Shown here in pieces: positions 39,135 to 48,392 of a DNA stretch of 64,000 nt (its first letter is position 1; every line of letters begins with the position of its first letter). This DNA is from Salinispira sp. (GTDB taxonomy: Bacteria > Spirochaetota > Spirochaetia > DSM-27196 > Salinispiraceae). Location of the stretch: the NCBI GenBank assembly GCA_965602015.1, contig OZ271918.1, forward strand, positions 3,264,001-3,328,000, in the 5' to 3' direction. A program made the translations under genes and the position numbers. Under the pieces are notes generated by a model, which did not search any database, was not told where the DNA came from, and saw only the letters and a program-made list of their open reading frames with translations.

Positions 39135-41117
39135 TCAGACAGTACGCCCTCTCCTGGTCTCGCTCGTTGAATTTACCATGGCGGTAAAATCGGTGTTTTT
39201 TCTCAGGTCTTCGACCTTCATGGGAAATCGGTATGACCAGTTGCGGTCCTGCACAGTTCCGGGGATGTTAACCCGTTCATCTCTGCTGTCTTCAACCCGG
39301 TAATCATCGCTCATGGCGAAAAAATCCTGCATCTGGAAAACCGCTATGGCCGATGAGGTATCTAGCAGCCTTCGAATGACCTCCCGTGCGGTCGTTGAGC
39401 TGTATTCCTGCGGGCAGGAGCGGTTCATACCGAGGCTTGCCCAGAAATCCTCCTTGCCGTCCTCGTGTTCCCACCATTCTCTGAGAGTGCTGGTGTCGTG
39501 TACCGAAGGCGCGCATACCGAGGTAAATGGGTATTCGGTGTGGGGAATGTAAGGATCTCCAGGTTCGCCCCAGCGGCGGGCCCAGCGGGGGATTTTTAAT
39601 CCGAGGATATCGAGGGATTCAAGCACCCTTGGCACGCAGTCGGGAACAACTCCCAGATCCTCGGCGCAGGTCAGCATGGGGACGGTGTCTCTCATAAAAG
39701 ACAATAGCTGATACCCGTGTTCCTCCCAAAGCTGTTCGCTTTCCCAGCCCTTCCGGCTGACCAGCTCTTCAAGGGCGTGTTTTTCATGGTCGAACAGGCC
39801 CTGATAACGGGAGCAGTTTCTGAATGTCCAACTCGCGGCGAAACTGTGCTCTCCCACAGGTATAAAACTGCGGTCCCGGTACATCTCCAAAAGGACGGTT
39901 TTTACCTTGTCATCGAAGGGCATTTCAAGAATCGCCCGTTCACCGTCGATTTCATCCTTGAATAAATACAGATCCTCATTGCCCAGTTTGTTAAAACAGC
40001 GGGCAATGACCTCCAGGGCGGCTGTCCCGAAGGCATTTTGAATCTGATGACCCCGGACATGGGGTTCGGAAAGCCACTTGATTCGCCCGACGTCGTAGCC
40101 TATGCCGTGCAGCTCATGGCGTTCGAGGAAGCGCGACGGATTGAAGTAGCCCAGTATGCCCTCTTTCTGCCTCTGGGGTACGGTCCATATCCGGAAAAAC
40201 CCGAGAACATGATCAATACGGTAGGCTTCGTAAAATTTATCAGCCTGCTTTAGCCTGAGCTTCCACCAGTCATAATCCCGTTCTTTCAGACGTTCCCAGT
40301 TATACACCGGGAAGCCCCAGTTCTGTCCAAGTTCGGCAAACATATCCGGCGGTGCGCCGGCCCGGAGATCGAGGGTAAAAATATCCCGGTGGGCCCAGAC
40401 GTCTGCGCTGTCCTCATTCATGAGGATGGGTATGTCGCCCTTGAGGGTGATTCCCATTTTATCAAGGGAAACCGCGGCTTTTCTGAACTGTTCTTCCAGG
40501 CGGAACTGGACCCAGGCGTAAAACAGGTTACTGTCCCCCTGCTTTTTGTCGGACCAGAGCGAGGCAATATCATCCAGGCTGATTTCCTGGTGCTTCGGCC
40601 ATTCCCTCCATGAACGGTAGTCATTCTGCTGCTTTATACTTCGAAAAACAGCATATTCCTTGACCCAGGGATTCTCGTCGATCCACGCGCTAAACTTCAC
40701 GTCTTTCAGAATTGCTGTACGCCCGATGTCGTATATTTTCCAAAGAATCGCCAGTTTTTGCTCGAGCACCTGATGGTATTCCAGACGGGGGGCCTTCTCG
40801 TGCCTGCCCAGGACCTTAATTAGGCCGTCGATCTCTACTCGCTGCTCCTTGGATAGGTTCTTGTATTCCGGCACTTCCCCGATCCTTATGAACAGGGGAT
40901 GAAGTGCGTAGGCGCTGAGAGCTGAATATGGGGACGGATCTCCGCCGGTGTCATTGACCGGGAGGAGCTGAATCAGGTCGAGTCCGGCTTCGATACACCA
41001 TTTGCCGAGTTCGATTAGGTCGAGAAAATCGCCGGTGCCCTGGGATTTCTTGGTTTTTAGCGAGAAAACCGGCACGAGGACGCCGGTTTTGTAGCGGGAA
41101 AATCCAGAAAATTTCAT
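39135..41117 (-). CDS. malQ: 4-alpha-glucanotransferase (GH77)
   Basis: GVLVPVFSL, QLLPVND, KGDIPI, GAPPD, GQNWGFP, RIDHVLGFFR, AEDLG, HDTSTL. Confidence 0.95.
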   Translation of the reverse strand: MKFSGFSRYKTGVLVPVFSLKTKKSQGTGDFLDLIELGKWCIEAGLDLIQLLPVNDTGGDPSPYSALSAYALHPLFIRIGEVPEYKNLSKEQRVEIDGLIKVLGRHEKAPRLEYHQVLEQKLAILWKIYDIGRTAILKDVKFSAWIDENPWVKEYAVFRSIKQQNDYRSWREWPKHQEISLDDIASLWSDKKQGDSNLFYAWVQFRLEEQFRKAAVSLDKMGITLKGDIPILMNEDSADVWAHRDIFTLDLRAGAPPDMFAELGQNWGFPVYNWERLKERDYDWWKLRLKQADKFYEAYRIDHVLGFFRIWTVPQRQKEGILGYFNPSRFLERHELHGIGYDVGRIKWLSEPHVRGHQIQNAFGTAALEVIARCFNKLGNEDLYLFKDEIDGERAILEMPFDDKVKTVLLEMYRDRSFIPVGEHSFAASWTFRNCSRYQGLFDHEKHALEELVSRKGWESEQLWEEHGYQLLSFMRDTVPMLTCAEDLGVVPDCVPRVLESLDILGLKIPRWARRWGEPGDPYIPHTEYPFTSVCAPSVHDTSTLREWWEHEDGKEDFWASLGMNRSCPQEYSSTTAREVIRRLLDTSSAIAVFQMQDFFAMSDDYRVEDSRDERVNIPGTVQDRNWSYRFPMKVEDLRKNTDFTAMVNSTSETRRGRTV

Positions 41118-41246
41118 CTGATACCTCTGTTGAGAAAAGTGCTCATTATTTTATGGTTCAGTTATAAGTTTAACAGATGATCGCCCATGTTGCGAGGCCC
41201 GTTTTTCCTTCCGCATTCCCTCCAAATCTGCTACCCTGAGGTCATC

Positions 41247-43145
41247 ATGAAACGTGTACATATCGGCTGGATAATTCCGGCTGTTCTTCTTATTAGCGGC
41301 TGCCTGAGCGGCACCGCATACGGCGAATCGGGTCCGGGGGGGCAACTCCCGGAAGCAGACAGCGGGAGCCACATCGCGGAAATAACGGGCGAGGCAGCCG
41401 AATCGGCAAACGGAGCCGGCGAACGCAGCGTCTCGGCTTCAGTCGGGCGGGAAGAAATCCCGCCGGTCGTCATCCCCGCTCACCTGGTATACGCCGGCAG
41501 AGATTTCCTTTACCACAGCGACGACGGCGGCGCCACCTGGAACAGGATGAATATAAAGCCGCAAATTTCCGATGCCACCTACCTGACGGCAGCGGCGGTG
41601 AACCCCGCCGATCCCGATCATCTGGTGGTGGGAACCAGCTATTACGGACTCTTCGAGTCAACGAACAGAGGCGCGACCTGGACCGATATGGACCCCGAAA
41701 GCGCCTTGTCGCAGTTGTATCAGGGCGCCGGGTTTTACAATGAGATTGCCGCCTTGGCCTTTTCAGCCGACGGGGATGAACTGTACATCCGCGGCGGTTT
41801 CGGCGGGTCAACGTTCCGATGGAACCTGACAAAGCGCTCAGAGGGCCTCAGCGCTGGCAGCGACCAAGGGTCCGTTTCGGAATTTAACGGGGGAAATCCG
41901 GAAACCGATTACATTCTGAGCCAGATAATACACGGCTCGGCGGCCTGGCCCGACGGATTTCCTCTTCCTCCGAATTTGGCCGAGGATTCGGTACTGCCCG
42001 AAAGCTTCGTCCGCGACGAGGCCTGGCTTGAGCGCCGTCGGGCCGCCAGCGACAAATTCGGTATTTACATAAATGCCTGGCAGGTCACCAACCGCCTCGA
42101 TGAGTTTATCGATTATATGCAGCGCATGGGATTTAACTCGGCGGTAATCGATTTTAAAGATGATCTGGGGCTGCTCCGCTACGACAGCGCACTGGAAACT
42201 GCCCGGCGAGCAGATACCGTAAGACCGCTTTTTGACGCGAGGGAACTTATCGCCAGATTTCACGAGGCGGGCATTTACGTTATCGCCCGGGTGGTAGTGT
42301 TTAAGGACAAGGCCCTGTATGCCTATGACGGCAACCGCTACGCCCTCTGGGATGAACGGCTCGAGGAACCCTGGGGGGTCTACCGTCAGCGCACGCCAGA
42401 AGCCAGCGCGGAAAACCCCGATCCCGAACCCTATTGGGAGCAGGTCGAATACTGGGTTGATCCTTATTCCGAGTTCGTTCGTGATTATAATATCGCCATT
42501 GCCGCCGAGCTTGAAGAACTGGGCGTCAATGAAATTCAGTTCGACTACATCCGTTTTCCCTCAGACGGAAGGACCCGCGATATCGTCACCCGCTTCCTCC
42601 TTGATGAAAACGGCCAGCGGGCCCATGTAGATATCAACAGCCAGAGGGTTCGCATTCTCAGCACCTTTCTGAGGGAAGCCCGGCAGGTTATCAGCATACC
42701 CATCGGAACCGATGTGTTCGGTTTTAACGGATGGGCGAGGATGAGCTACCTCGGCCAGGATATCGAAGCGATCAGTCATTATGTGGATGTTATCTCCCCC
42801 ATGTCCTACCCCAGCCATTATCCCCGCAGCTTCTACCGGGAACTTTCCTACCTGGACCGGGCGCAGCTGATTTTCGAAGAAGGCACCAGACGTGCCCGGG
42901 AAATTACCGACGACCGCTCATTGATCCGCCAATACGTCCAGGCCTTCCTGCTTGGAAGCGAGCTGAACTTCGAACAGCCGGTATATTTCGATTATTTGAA
43001 CCGCCAACTTCGTGGTACAATTCTCGGCGGGGGCAACGGCTTCACCCTGTGGAACAACTCGGGACGATATTACATGGTCGACCCGGAATCCGTACCGGAT
43101 TATATTCGTCGGGCCGCAGAAGCCTCCGAAGGATTTGTCCAATGA
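41247..43145 (+). CDS. Putative glycoside hydrolase (DUF4015-like) lipoprotein with N-terminal BNR/Asp-box repeats
   Basis: Lipobox LISGC; SDDGGATW and STNRGATW; DFKDD, IARVVVFKD, EIQFDYIRFP, SPMSYPSHY. Confidence 0.82.
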   Translation: MKRVHIGWIIPAVLLISGCLSGTAYGESGPGGQLPEADSGSHIAEITGEAAESANGAGERSVSASVGREEIPPVVIPAHLVYAGRDFLYHSDDGGATWNRMNIKPQISDATYLTAAAVNPADPDHLVVGTSYYGLFESTNRGATWTDMDPESALSQLYQGAGFYNEIAALAFSADGDELYIRGGFGGSTFRWNLTKRSEGLSAGSDQGSVSEFNGGNPETDYILSQIIHGSAAWPDGFPLPPNLAEDSVLPESFVRDEAWLERRRAASDKFGIYINAWQVTNRLDEFIDYMQRMGFNSAVIDFKDDLGLLRYDSALETARRADTVRPLFDARELIARFHEAGIYVIARVVVFKDKALYAYDGNRYALWDERLEEPWGVYRQRTPEASAENPDPEPYWEQVEYWVDPYSEFVRDYNIAIAAELEELGVNEIQFDYIRFPSDGRTRDIVTRFLLDENGQRAHVDINSQRVRILSTFLREARQVISIPIGTDVFGFNGWARMSYLGQDIEAISHYVDVISPMSYPSHYPRSFYRELSYLDRAQLIFEEGTRRAREITDDRSLIRQYVQAFLLGSELNFEQPVYFDYLNRQLRGTILGGGNGFTLWNNSGRYYMVDPESVPDYIRRAAEASEGFVQ

Positions 43146-44092
43146 CCATAAACGATTGGGCCTCCAAGGTCACCGCTGAAGTTCAAAAAGCCTTTCTGGG
43201 AAAACCCGAAGTGATAGAAAAAATCCTCGTTTCGGTGCTTTCCGGCGGCCACGTTCTTCTGGAAGATATTCCCGGAGTGGGCAAGACAATTCTCGCCCGG
43301 GGAATAGCTCAGGCGTTGGGAGGGAAATTCAGCAGAATCCAATCAACCCCCGACCTTCTTCCCAGCGATATTCTCGGAGTTACCATTTACCAGCCTGAAG
43401 AAAAGTCATTCCGTTACCGCAGAGGCCCTATTTTGTCGAATATTGTTCTTGTCGACGAAATAAACCGGGCTACTCCCCGAACCCAAAGCGCCCTGCTGGA
43501 GGCCATGGCTGAGTTTCAGATTTCCATCGACGGTAAGACCGTCGCCCTGCCCGATCCCTTTTTGCTCATCGCCACCGAAAACCCAATCGATTTCGAAGGC
43601 ACATTTCCCCTTCCGGAAGCGCAGCGGGACCGTTTTCTCATGAGCCTGTCGATCGGCTATCCCGACAGGAAGACCGAGGAAAGAATCATTGTTGCCCAGC
43701 GGGCCGCCGCCCATCCCGTGGAGACCATTGGAGCTGTGAGCAGCCCCGATGAAATCAGGTCCTTGCGGGAACATGTGTATCGTATACACATGGAGGGGGA
43801 AATCATGGACTATCTTCTCCGGCTTGTGGACGCCACCCGGAGCCAGGCGCTCCTGCGGATGGGCGTCAGTCCCCGGGGAAGCCTGAGCCTTGCCAGAAGC
43901 GCTCAGACCCTTGCCGCCATCCGGGGCCGGGATTTTGTCATTCCCGATGACATCAAGGAGCTGTTCGTGCCGGTATGCTCGCAGCGGGTCATCCTCAAAC
44001 CGGACGCAAAAATGAAGGGAAAAACTCCGGCGGGTATACTCGAAGAAATACTCGAACTGACCGAATCACCGGCGGGACCGCAGCAGGGGTAG
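43142..44092 (+). CDS. MoxR family AAA+ ATPase
   Basis: HVLLEDIPGVGKT, TPDLLPSD, DEINRATPRTQSALLEAM, EGTFPLPEAQRDRF; ATGA overlap with the upstream gene. Confidence 0.95.
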   Translation: MTINDWASKVTAEVQKAFLGKPEVIEKILVSVLSGGHVLLEDIPGVGKTILARGIAQALGGKFSRIQSTPDLLPSDILGVTIYQPEEKSFRYRRGPILSNIVLVDEINRATPRTQSALLEAMAEFQISIDGKTVALPDPFLLIATENPIDFEGTFPLPEAQRDRFLMSLSIGYPDRKTEERIIVAQRAAAHPVETIGAVSSPDEIRSLREHVYRIHMEGEIMDYLLRLVDATRSQALLRMGVSPRGSLSLARSAQTLAAIRGRDFVIPDDIKELFVPVCSQRVILKPDAKMKGKTPAGILEEILELTESPAGPQQG

Positions 44093-44095
44093 CGA

Positions 44096-45259
44096 ATGGC
44101 CCCGTGGCTCGGCGGCATAGTCGCCGCCCTCATTATTTTCCTTTTCCTCCCCATCGCGATTCTTCAGTGGCTGGCGGGGCTTCTGCTTGTCCTGACCGCC
44201 CTGAGCTATGGCTACGTAAGGCTCATCGAAAAACATCTTGAAGTTCAGAGAATGGATCAATCGCCCCGAACCTTCCGCTTTGCCGATACCCCGGTAAAAA
44301 TTCGGATAAAAAATCCCCTGCCGGTGCCTATTCCCTATCTGCTTATCTCCGATGAATGCGGAGGAATGATGCTCCTCGATTCCCCGGTAGAGGTGCTGTC
44401 CCTGGGCCCCGGGGAAACCACAGTCCTGGAATACCGGGTCAAAAGCGACCGCCGGGGGCAGTTCATGATCGGCCCGGGCAGCATCCTGTTTTCCGATCCC
44501 CTGGGGCTTTTTCGCCGCCAGCTGACGGTAAGCGAACCCGTTCTCATGCTGGTCCTCCCCAGAGTCTATCCCTTGAGTCTGCCGGCCCTGCGGGGACTTC
44601 CCATCGGCGCTATCCGGGTGGAAAACCGCCTTTATGAGGATCCGAGCCGGTACCGCAGCATGAGGGAATACGTTCCGGGAGACGACCCGAGAAAGATCCA
44701 CTGGAAGGTAAGCGCCAGGACCGGCGAACTGCATGTTATGGAATATTCATCAACCCTCTCCTCCCCGGCGGTAATTGCCCTCAACATAGACGCCGACGCG
44801 TACACTCAGGGCAGGCGCTTTCAGCATTTCGAACGCTGCATTGAGGCCGCCGCATCCCTGTGCAATTTCTGGGAAGGGCTCGATCAGGAGATCGCTCTGA
44901 TCATCAATTCCCGTGAGCCGGTACTCTTCCCCAAAGGCAAGAATCAGGTCCCGGGAATGCTCGAGGCACTTTCCAGGCTGGAAAGCGCGGATGAAATGGC
45001 CGTCCCGATGACCGAGCTTTTAGCCGACTATCGATTTTCCATGGGAGACCGGATTTTCTTCGTTTCCCCCGCCATTTCGCTTGAGAACTACCGCAATATT
45101 GCGTCCATGCTGCCGGCCAACAGCGACTTCGATTTCTGGCTTCTTCAGGACCGTCAGAAGCGCGATGACCATGTTTTCCACGGCATGCTCAGCCCCGTGT
45201 CCCGGCACCGGATACTCAGCCTTGAGGAATACGGAGAGGACCTGGTGCGAAATGGATAA
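44096..45259 (+). CDS. DUF58 domain protein
   Basis: RRG.F.IGP, DPLGLF, REYVPGDDPRKIHWKVSAR. Confidence 0.92.
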   Translation: MAPWLGGIVAALIIFLFLPIAILQWLAGLLLVLTALSYGYVRLIEKHLEVQRMDQSPRTFRFADTPVKIRIKNPLPVPIPYLLISDECGGMMLLDSPVEVLSLGPGETTVLEYRVKSDRRGQFMIGPGSILFSDPLGLFRRQLTVSEPVLMLVLPRVYPLSLPALRGLPIGAIRVENRLYEDPSRYRSMREYVPGDDPRKIHWKVSARTGELHVMEYSSTLSSPAVIALNIDADAYTQGRRFQHFERCIEAAASLCNFWEGLDQEIALIINSREPVLFPKGKNQVPGMLEALSRLESADEMAVPMTELLADYRFSMGDRIFFVSPAISLENYRNIASMLPANSDFDFWLLQDRQKRDDHVFHGMLSPVSRHRILSLEEYGEDLVRNG

Positions 45260-46922
45260 GCGGCAGTACCTTATTCGCCAAAGCGGGGCGTATTTCGCAA
45301 TAAGCCTTTCAAGTAGCCTCGGGCTCTTTATTCTCATCGCCATGGCTCTACGGGACGTCAGCATGGCCATAGATGCTCCCTTGGTTCAGCCCCTGGCGGT
45401 TTTTATCGTAATAGGACTTCTGCTCAGCCTCGAGGATTACCTGGTCTCGCTTTTTGCACCGGCAACTCGCAACAGCGGCGGCTCGAAAATCCGGGAACTT
45501 CTCCTTTTGGGTGTTGTACTTTACGGCCTCATACTAGCCGTACAGATAATCCGAGTCGGCGAAATTACCGCCGCACCCGACGGTTCGTCGGTTTTTACCC
45601 TGGTATGGTCCGCATTCTACTGGTTCAGTCACTCTTCGGTTTTTTACCGGTTTATGAGCCGTCTCGACATCGCCCGGCTCCTTGAGGCCAGACGGGGTGA
45701 ACAGCTCACCCGTCTCCTGCAGGACGAGCATTTATTTGTTCTCGGTTCGTACCGCAAGATGCAGGCGAGCATCAGGGCTGCGGGGTTCCGGCTGTTTTTT
45801 TCCGCAGTTGTGTTGCTCCTGTACGCCACAGAATCCTACCCCCTGCCGGCGGGCCTGCAAATAACAGCAGCCGTATCCCTGCTGAGTCAGTTGGGGCTGG
45901 GGTACATGGCCCGGATGTACGGGGAGGATCACCGCTATCTGGCCTGGGGAGCCCTGCCGGGCAGCGCTCAGCGCCGGAACCGGTCCACACTTATTGCGGC
46001 CTTTCTGGTGATTTCGGGAATTCTCGCCCTGCCCTTTTTTGGTAATCGCAGCATAGTTGATCCACAACCCATACTCGCCTGGTTCGGCAACATGCTGACC
46101 CGGGTGAATGCCCCCGAAGCAGCCCGGCGGATCACCCAGCTGCCCTTTCTGGCAAATCAGAGTCCCTCGGCGGCGACCTGGGAAGAGTATGTAAGCCGGG
46201 ACCCCGGCGCAGCGGCCCGCTGGTTTTTCTCGTTTACCGACAACCTCATCCGGGTCGGACTGATAGCGCTGGCGATCTACCTCATCGCCGCTCCGCTTAT
46301 TCGGGACCCCCGCATCCTCCGTTCCCTGCTAAGGGCGATGCGGTCAAGGGGCATTGCCTCGGGGCTCAAGGAACTGGGGGAGATGCTTCTGTACTGGGCT
46401 CGAGGGCTGGTCGTTAATCTACGGCAGATGATCCGTTTTCCGTTTGCGCTGATTCGCTCCCTCTTTTTAGCGCTCTTCACGCAAAAATCCCCTAAGAAAA
46501 CCGGACAGAGCAGGGAAGAACAGGAAAGAATTGTCAATGAAATAGTTCGTCAAAGCCGTCCCCGGGAGAACCGCGGGGAGGGCAAGGAACGGGAGATTCA
46601 CACATTACAGGAGATATTTTCCGCGTCCGCCCTGCTTGGAGGCCGCTACGGTTTGGTTATCAAACGGAACAACACGATTCGGGAGATATCACGGGCAGCC
46701 AGTGAAATCCTCGCAGAAGTGTATAAAAACAGCGATTCGGAAAAACTGGCATTAAGCACCGAAAACGAGACCAGCATCGCCGGGAACATCTGCTTCATTG
46801 GTTTGCTGTTCGAGGAATCCCTGTATTCCGACCATGAAATACCGGCTTCACGTATTGATGATGCCCGGCGGCGGGTCGTTGCTCTGGAGGATCTTTTCAG
46901 CGGGGTATCAGCTGGAGAATAA
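45252..46922 (+). CDS. Polytopic membrane protein (DUF4129-like C-terminus), third gene of the MoxR triad
   Basis: Start set at MDKRQ (ATG 45252); about 8 TM; C-terminal LFEESLYSDHEI. Confidence 0.65.
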   Translation: MDKRQYLIRQSGAYFAISLSSSLGLFILIAMALRDVSMAIDAPLVQPLAVFIVIGLLLSLEDYLVSLFAPATRNSGGSKIRELLLLGVVLYGLILAVQIIRVGEITAAPDGSSVFTLVWSAFYWFSHSSVFYRFMSRLDIARLLEARRGEQLTRLLQDEHLFVLGSYRKMQASIRAAGFRLFFSAVVLLLYATESYPLPAGLQITAAVSLLSQLGLGYMARMYGEDHRYLAWGALPGSAQRRNRSTLIAAFLVISGILALPFFGNRSIVDPQPILAWFGNMLTRVNAPEAARRITQLPFLANQSPSAATWEEYVSRDPGAAARWFFSFTDNLIRVGLIALAIYLIAAPLIRDPRILRSLLRAMRSRGIASGLKELGEMLLYWARGLVVNLRQMIRFPFALIRSLFLALFTQKSPKKTGQSREEQERIVNEIVRQSRPRENRGEGKEREIHTLQEIFSASALLGGRYGLVIKRNNTIREISRAASEILAEVYKNSDSEKLALSTENETSIAGNICFIGLLFEESLYSDHEIPASRIDDARRRVVALEDLFSGVSAGE

Positions 46923-46923
46923 T

Positions 46924-47622
46924 CTACTCTTTTTCCAGGTCTTCATCGTCTTCGAGATCGTCAAAGTCGCCGTCATCCTCATCACCCAGGTCCTCGAAGA
47001 TGTTGAATTCAATAGTCTCCGCCATCTCCTCCCCTGATGATTCGGCGCCTTCTTCCTGGGACACATCGGACTCTTCAACTTCCCGAATCCTGTCGCGTAT
47101 TCGTGCGGCTTCTTCGTAGTTTTCGTCCTCCACGGCGGAGTCGAGGGCGCGCTGAAGTTCTTCAAGCACGCTTTTGCTTACCGATTGGGACATTTGGTCA
47201 GAATCACTTATCATCGACAGGGGAATGCTCGCCTCATCGATAATGTACTCGGCGATATACACCGGACATTTGATTCGGGTGGCAAGCGATAGGGCGTCCG
47301 AGGGCCGTGAATCGAATACGTGTTTCTTGCCGTCCTGTTTTGTCACAATGCGGGCATAGAAGGTGGCATCTTTGAGGTCGTTTATTTCGATCCGCTCGAT
47401 GTGCATTCCGAGCTTATCGATGATATTTATGAGCAGGTCGTGGGTCAGCGGCCTGGGCATGGGTACTTTCCCGAGCCCGATGAGAATGGATTGCGCTTCA
47501 AGCTGTCCGATAAAAATCGGAACCGCCCGTTCGGATCCCAGAGGCTTGACGAGGACCGCGTTGCCCTTGTCTGTGCGGGCCACAGTCCATATTTCCGCTT
47601 CAACCAGCATGATGTTCTTCAT
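46924..47622 (-). CDS. Bifunctional nuclease family (DUF151) protein with UVR motif and acidic tail
   Basis: VPIFIG..EA, PRPLTHDL, DSRPSDA, AVEDENYEEAARIRDRI. Confidence 0.9.
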   Translation of the reverse strand: MKNIMLVEAEIWTVARTDKGNAVLVKPLGSERAVPIFIGQLEAQSILIGLGKVPMPRPLTHDLLINIIDKLGMHIERIEINDLKDATFYARIVTKQDGKKHVFDSRPSDALSLATRIKCPVYIAEYIIDEASIPLSMISDSDQMSQSVSKSVLEELQRALDSAVEDENYEEAARIRDRIREVEESDVSQEEGAESSGEEMAETIEFNIFEDLGDEDDGDFDDLEDDEDLEKE

Positions 47623-47665
47623 ATACTACCAAAATACACAATCGGGAGCGCAAATCCAATGCGAA

Positions 47666-48391
47666 TCAGAGATTGGCTGTGTATTTCACGGCGTTTTCGA
47701 ATAGCCGGAGACCGCCGGGAACCCGGTCCTTCAATCGCCGCGGGTGCTGTTCCCCGCGGATGTACGCCTCCGGATGGGGCATCATGCCCAACACCCGCCC
47801 GCTGATGTCGGTAATGCCGGCGATATCTAAAAACGAACCATTTGGGTTCTCCCCATAGCGAAATGCAATGAGTTTCTCGGGAAAATCCCCGGCGAGCTCT
47901 TTCCCGGGGATAAACTGGCCCTCACCGTGGCGGATGGGGCAATCAAAATCATCGATTCCCGCAAGCCAGGGGGATGTGTTTTCCTGATTGCGGGTAAGCG
48001 GCACCCATCGGTCGATGAACCGGCCGTCCCGATTGTGAATAAGACTGACCTGGTTTTCCCAGTTCCCCGTGGTATTCGGCAGGATTCCCATCTTCACAAG
48101 GGTCTGAAATCCGTTGCAGATTCCCAGGATTAATCCGCCTCTGTCCAGGAAATCCTGCAATGCCGGTTTTAGGTGATTCCTGATGATATGGGCCAAAATA
48201 GTCCCCGAACCGATATGGTCCCCAAAACTGAAACCCCCGGGGAACGCCACAATGCGGAGGTCGTTTAGCAGGGCAGGATCCGCAATGAGATCGCTCACAT
48301 GAATAAAGCGCGTTTCACTGCCGGCGGCGGCGAATGCACCGGCCAGTTCCTTTTCCGCATTGATACCATATCCCGTAATCAGTCCCGTCAT
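47666..48391 (-). CDS. purQ: FGAM synthase glutaminase subunit
   Basis: FPGGFSFGD, GICNGFQ, HGEG, NPNGS, MMPHPE. Confidence 0.95.
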   Translation of the reverse strand: MTGLITGYGINAEKELAGAFAAAGSETRFIHVSDLIADPALLNDLRIVAFPGGFSFGDHIGSGTILAHIIRNHLKPALQDFLDRGGLILGICNGFQTLVKMGILPNTTGNWENQVSLIHNRDGRFIDRWVPLTRNQENTSPWLAGIDDFDCPIRHGEGQFIPGKELAGDFPEKLIAFRYGENPNGSFLDIAGITDISGRVLGMMPHPEAYIRGEQHPRRLKDRVPGGLRLFENAVKYTANL

Positions 48392-48392
48392 A

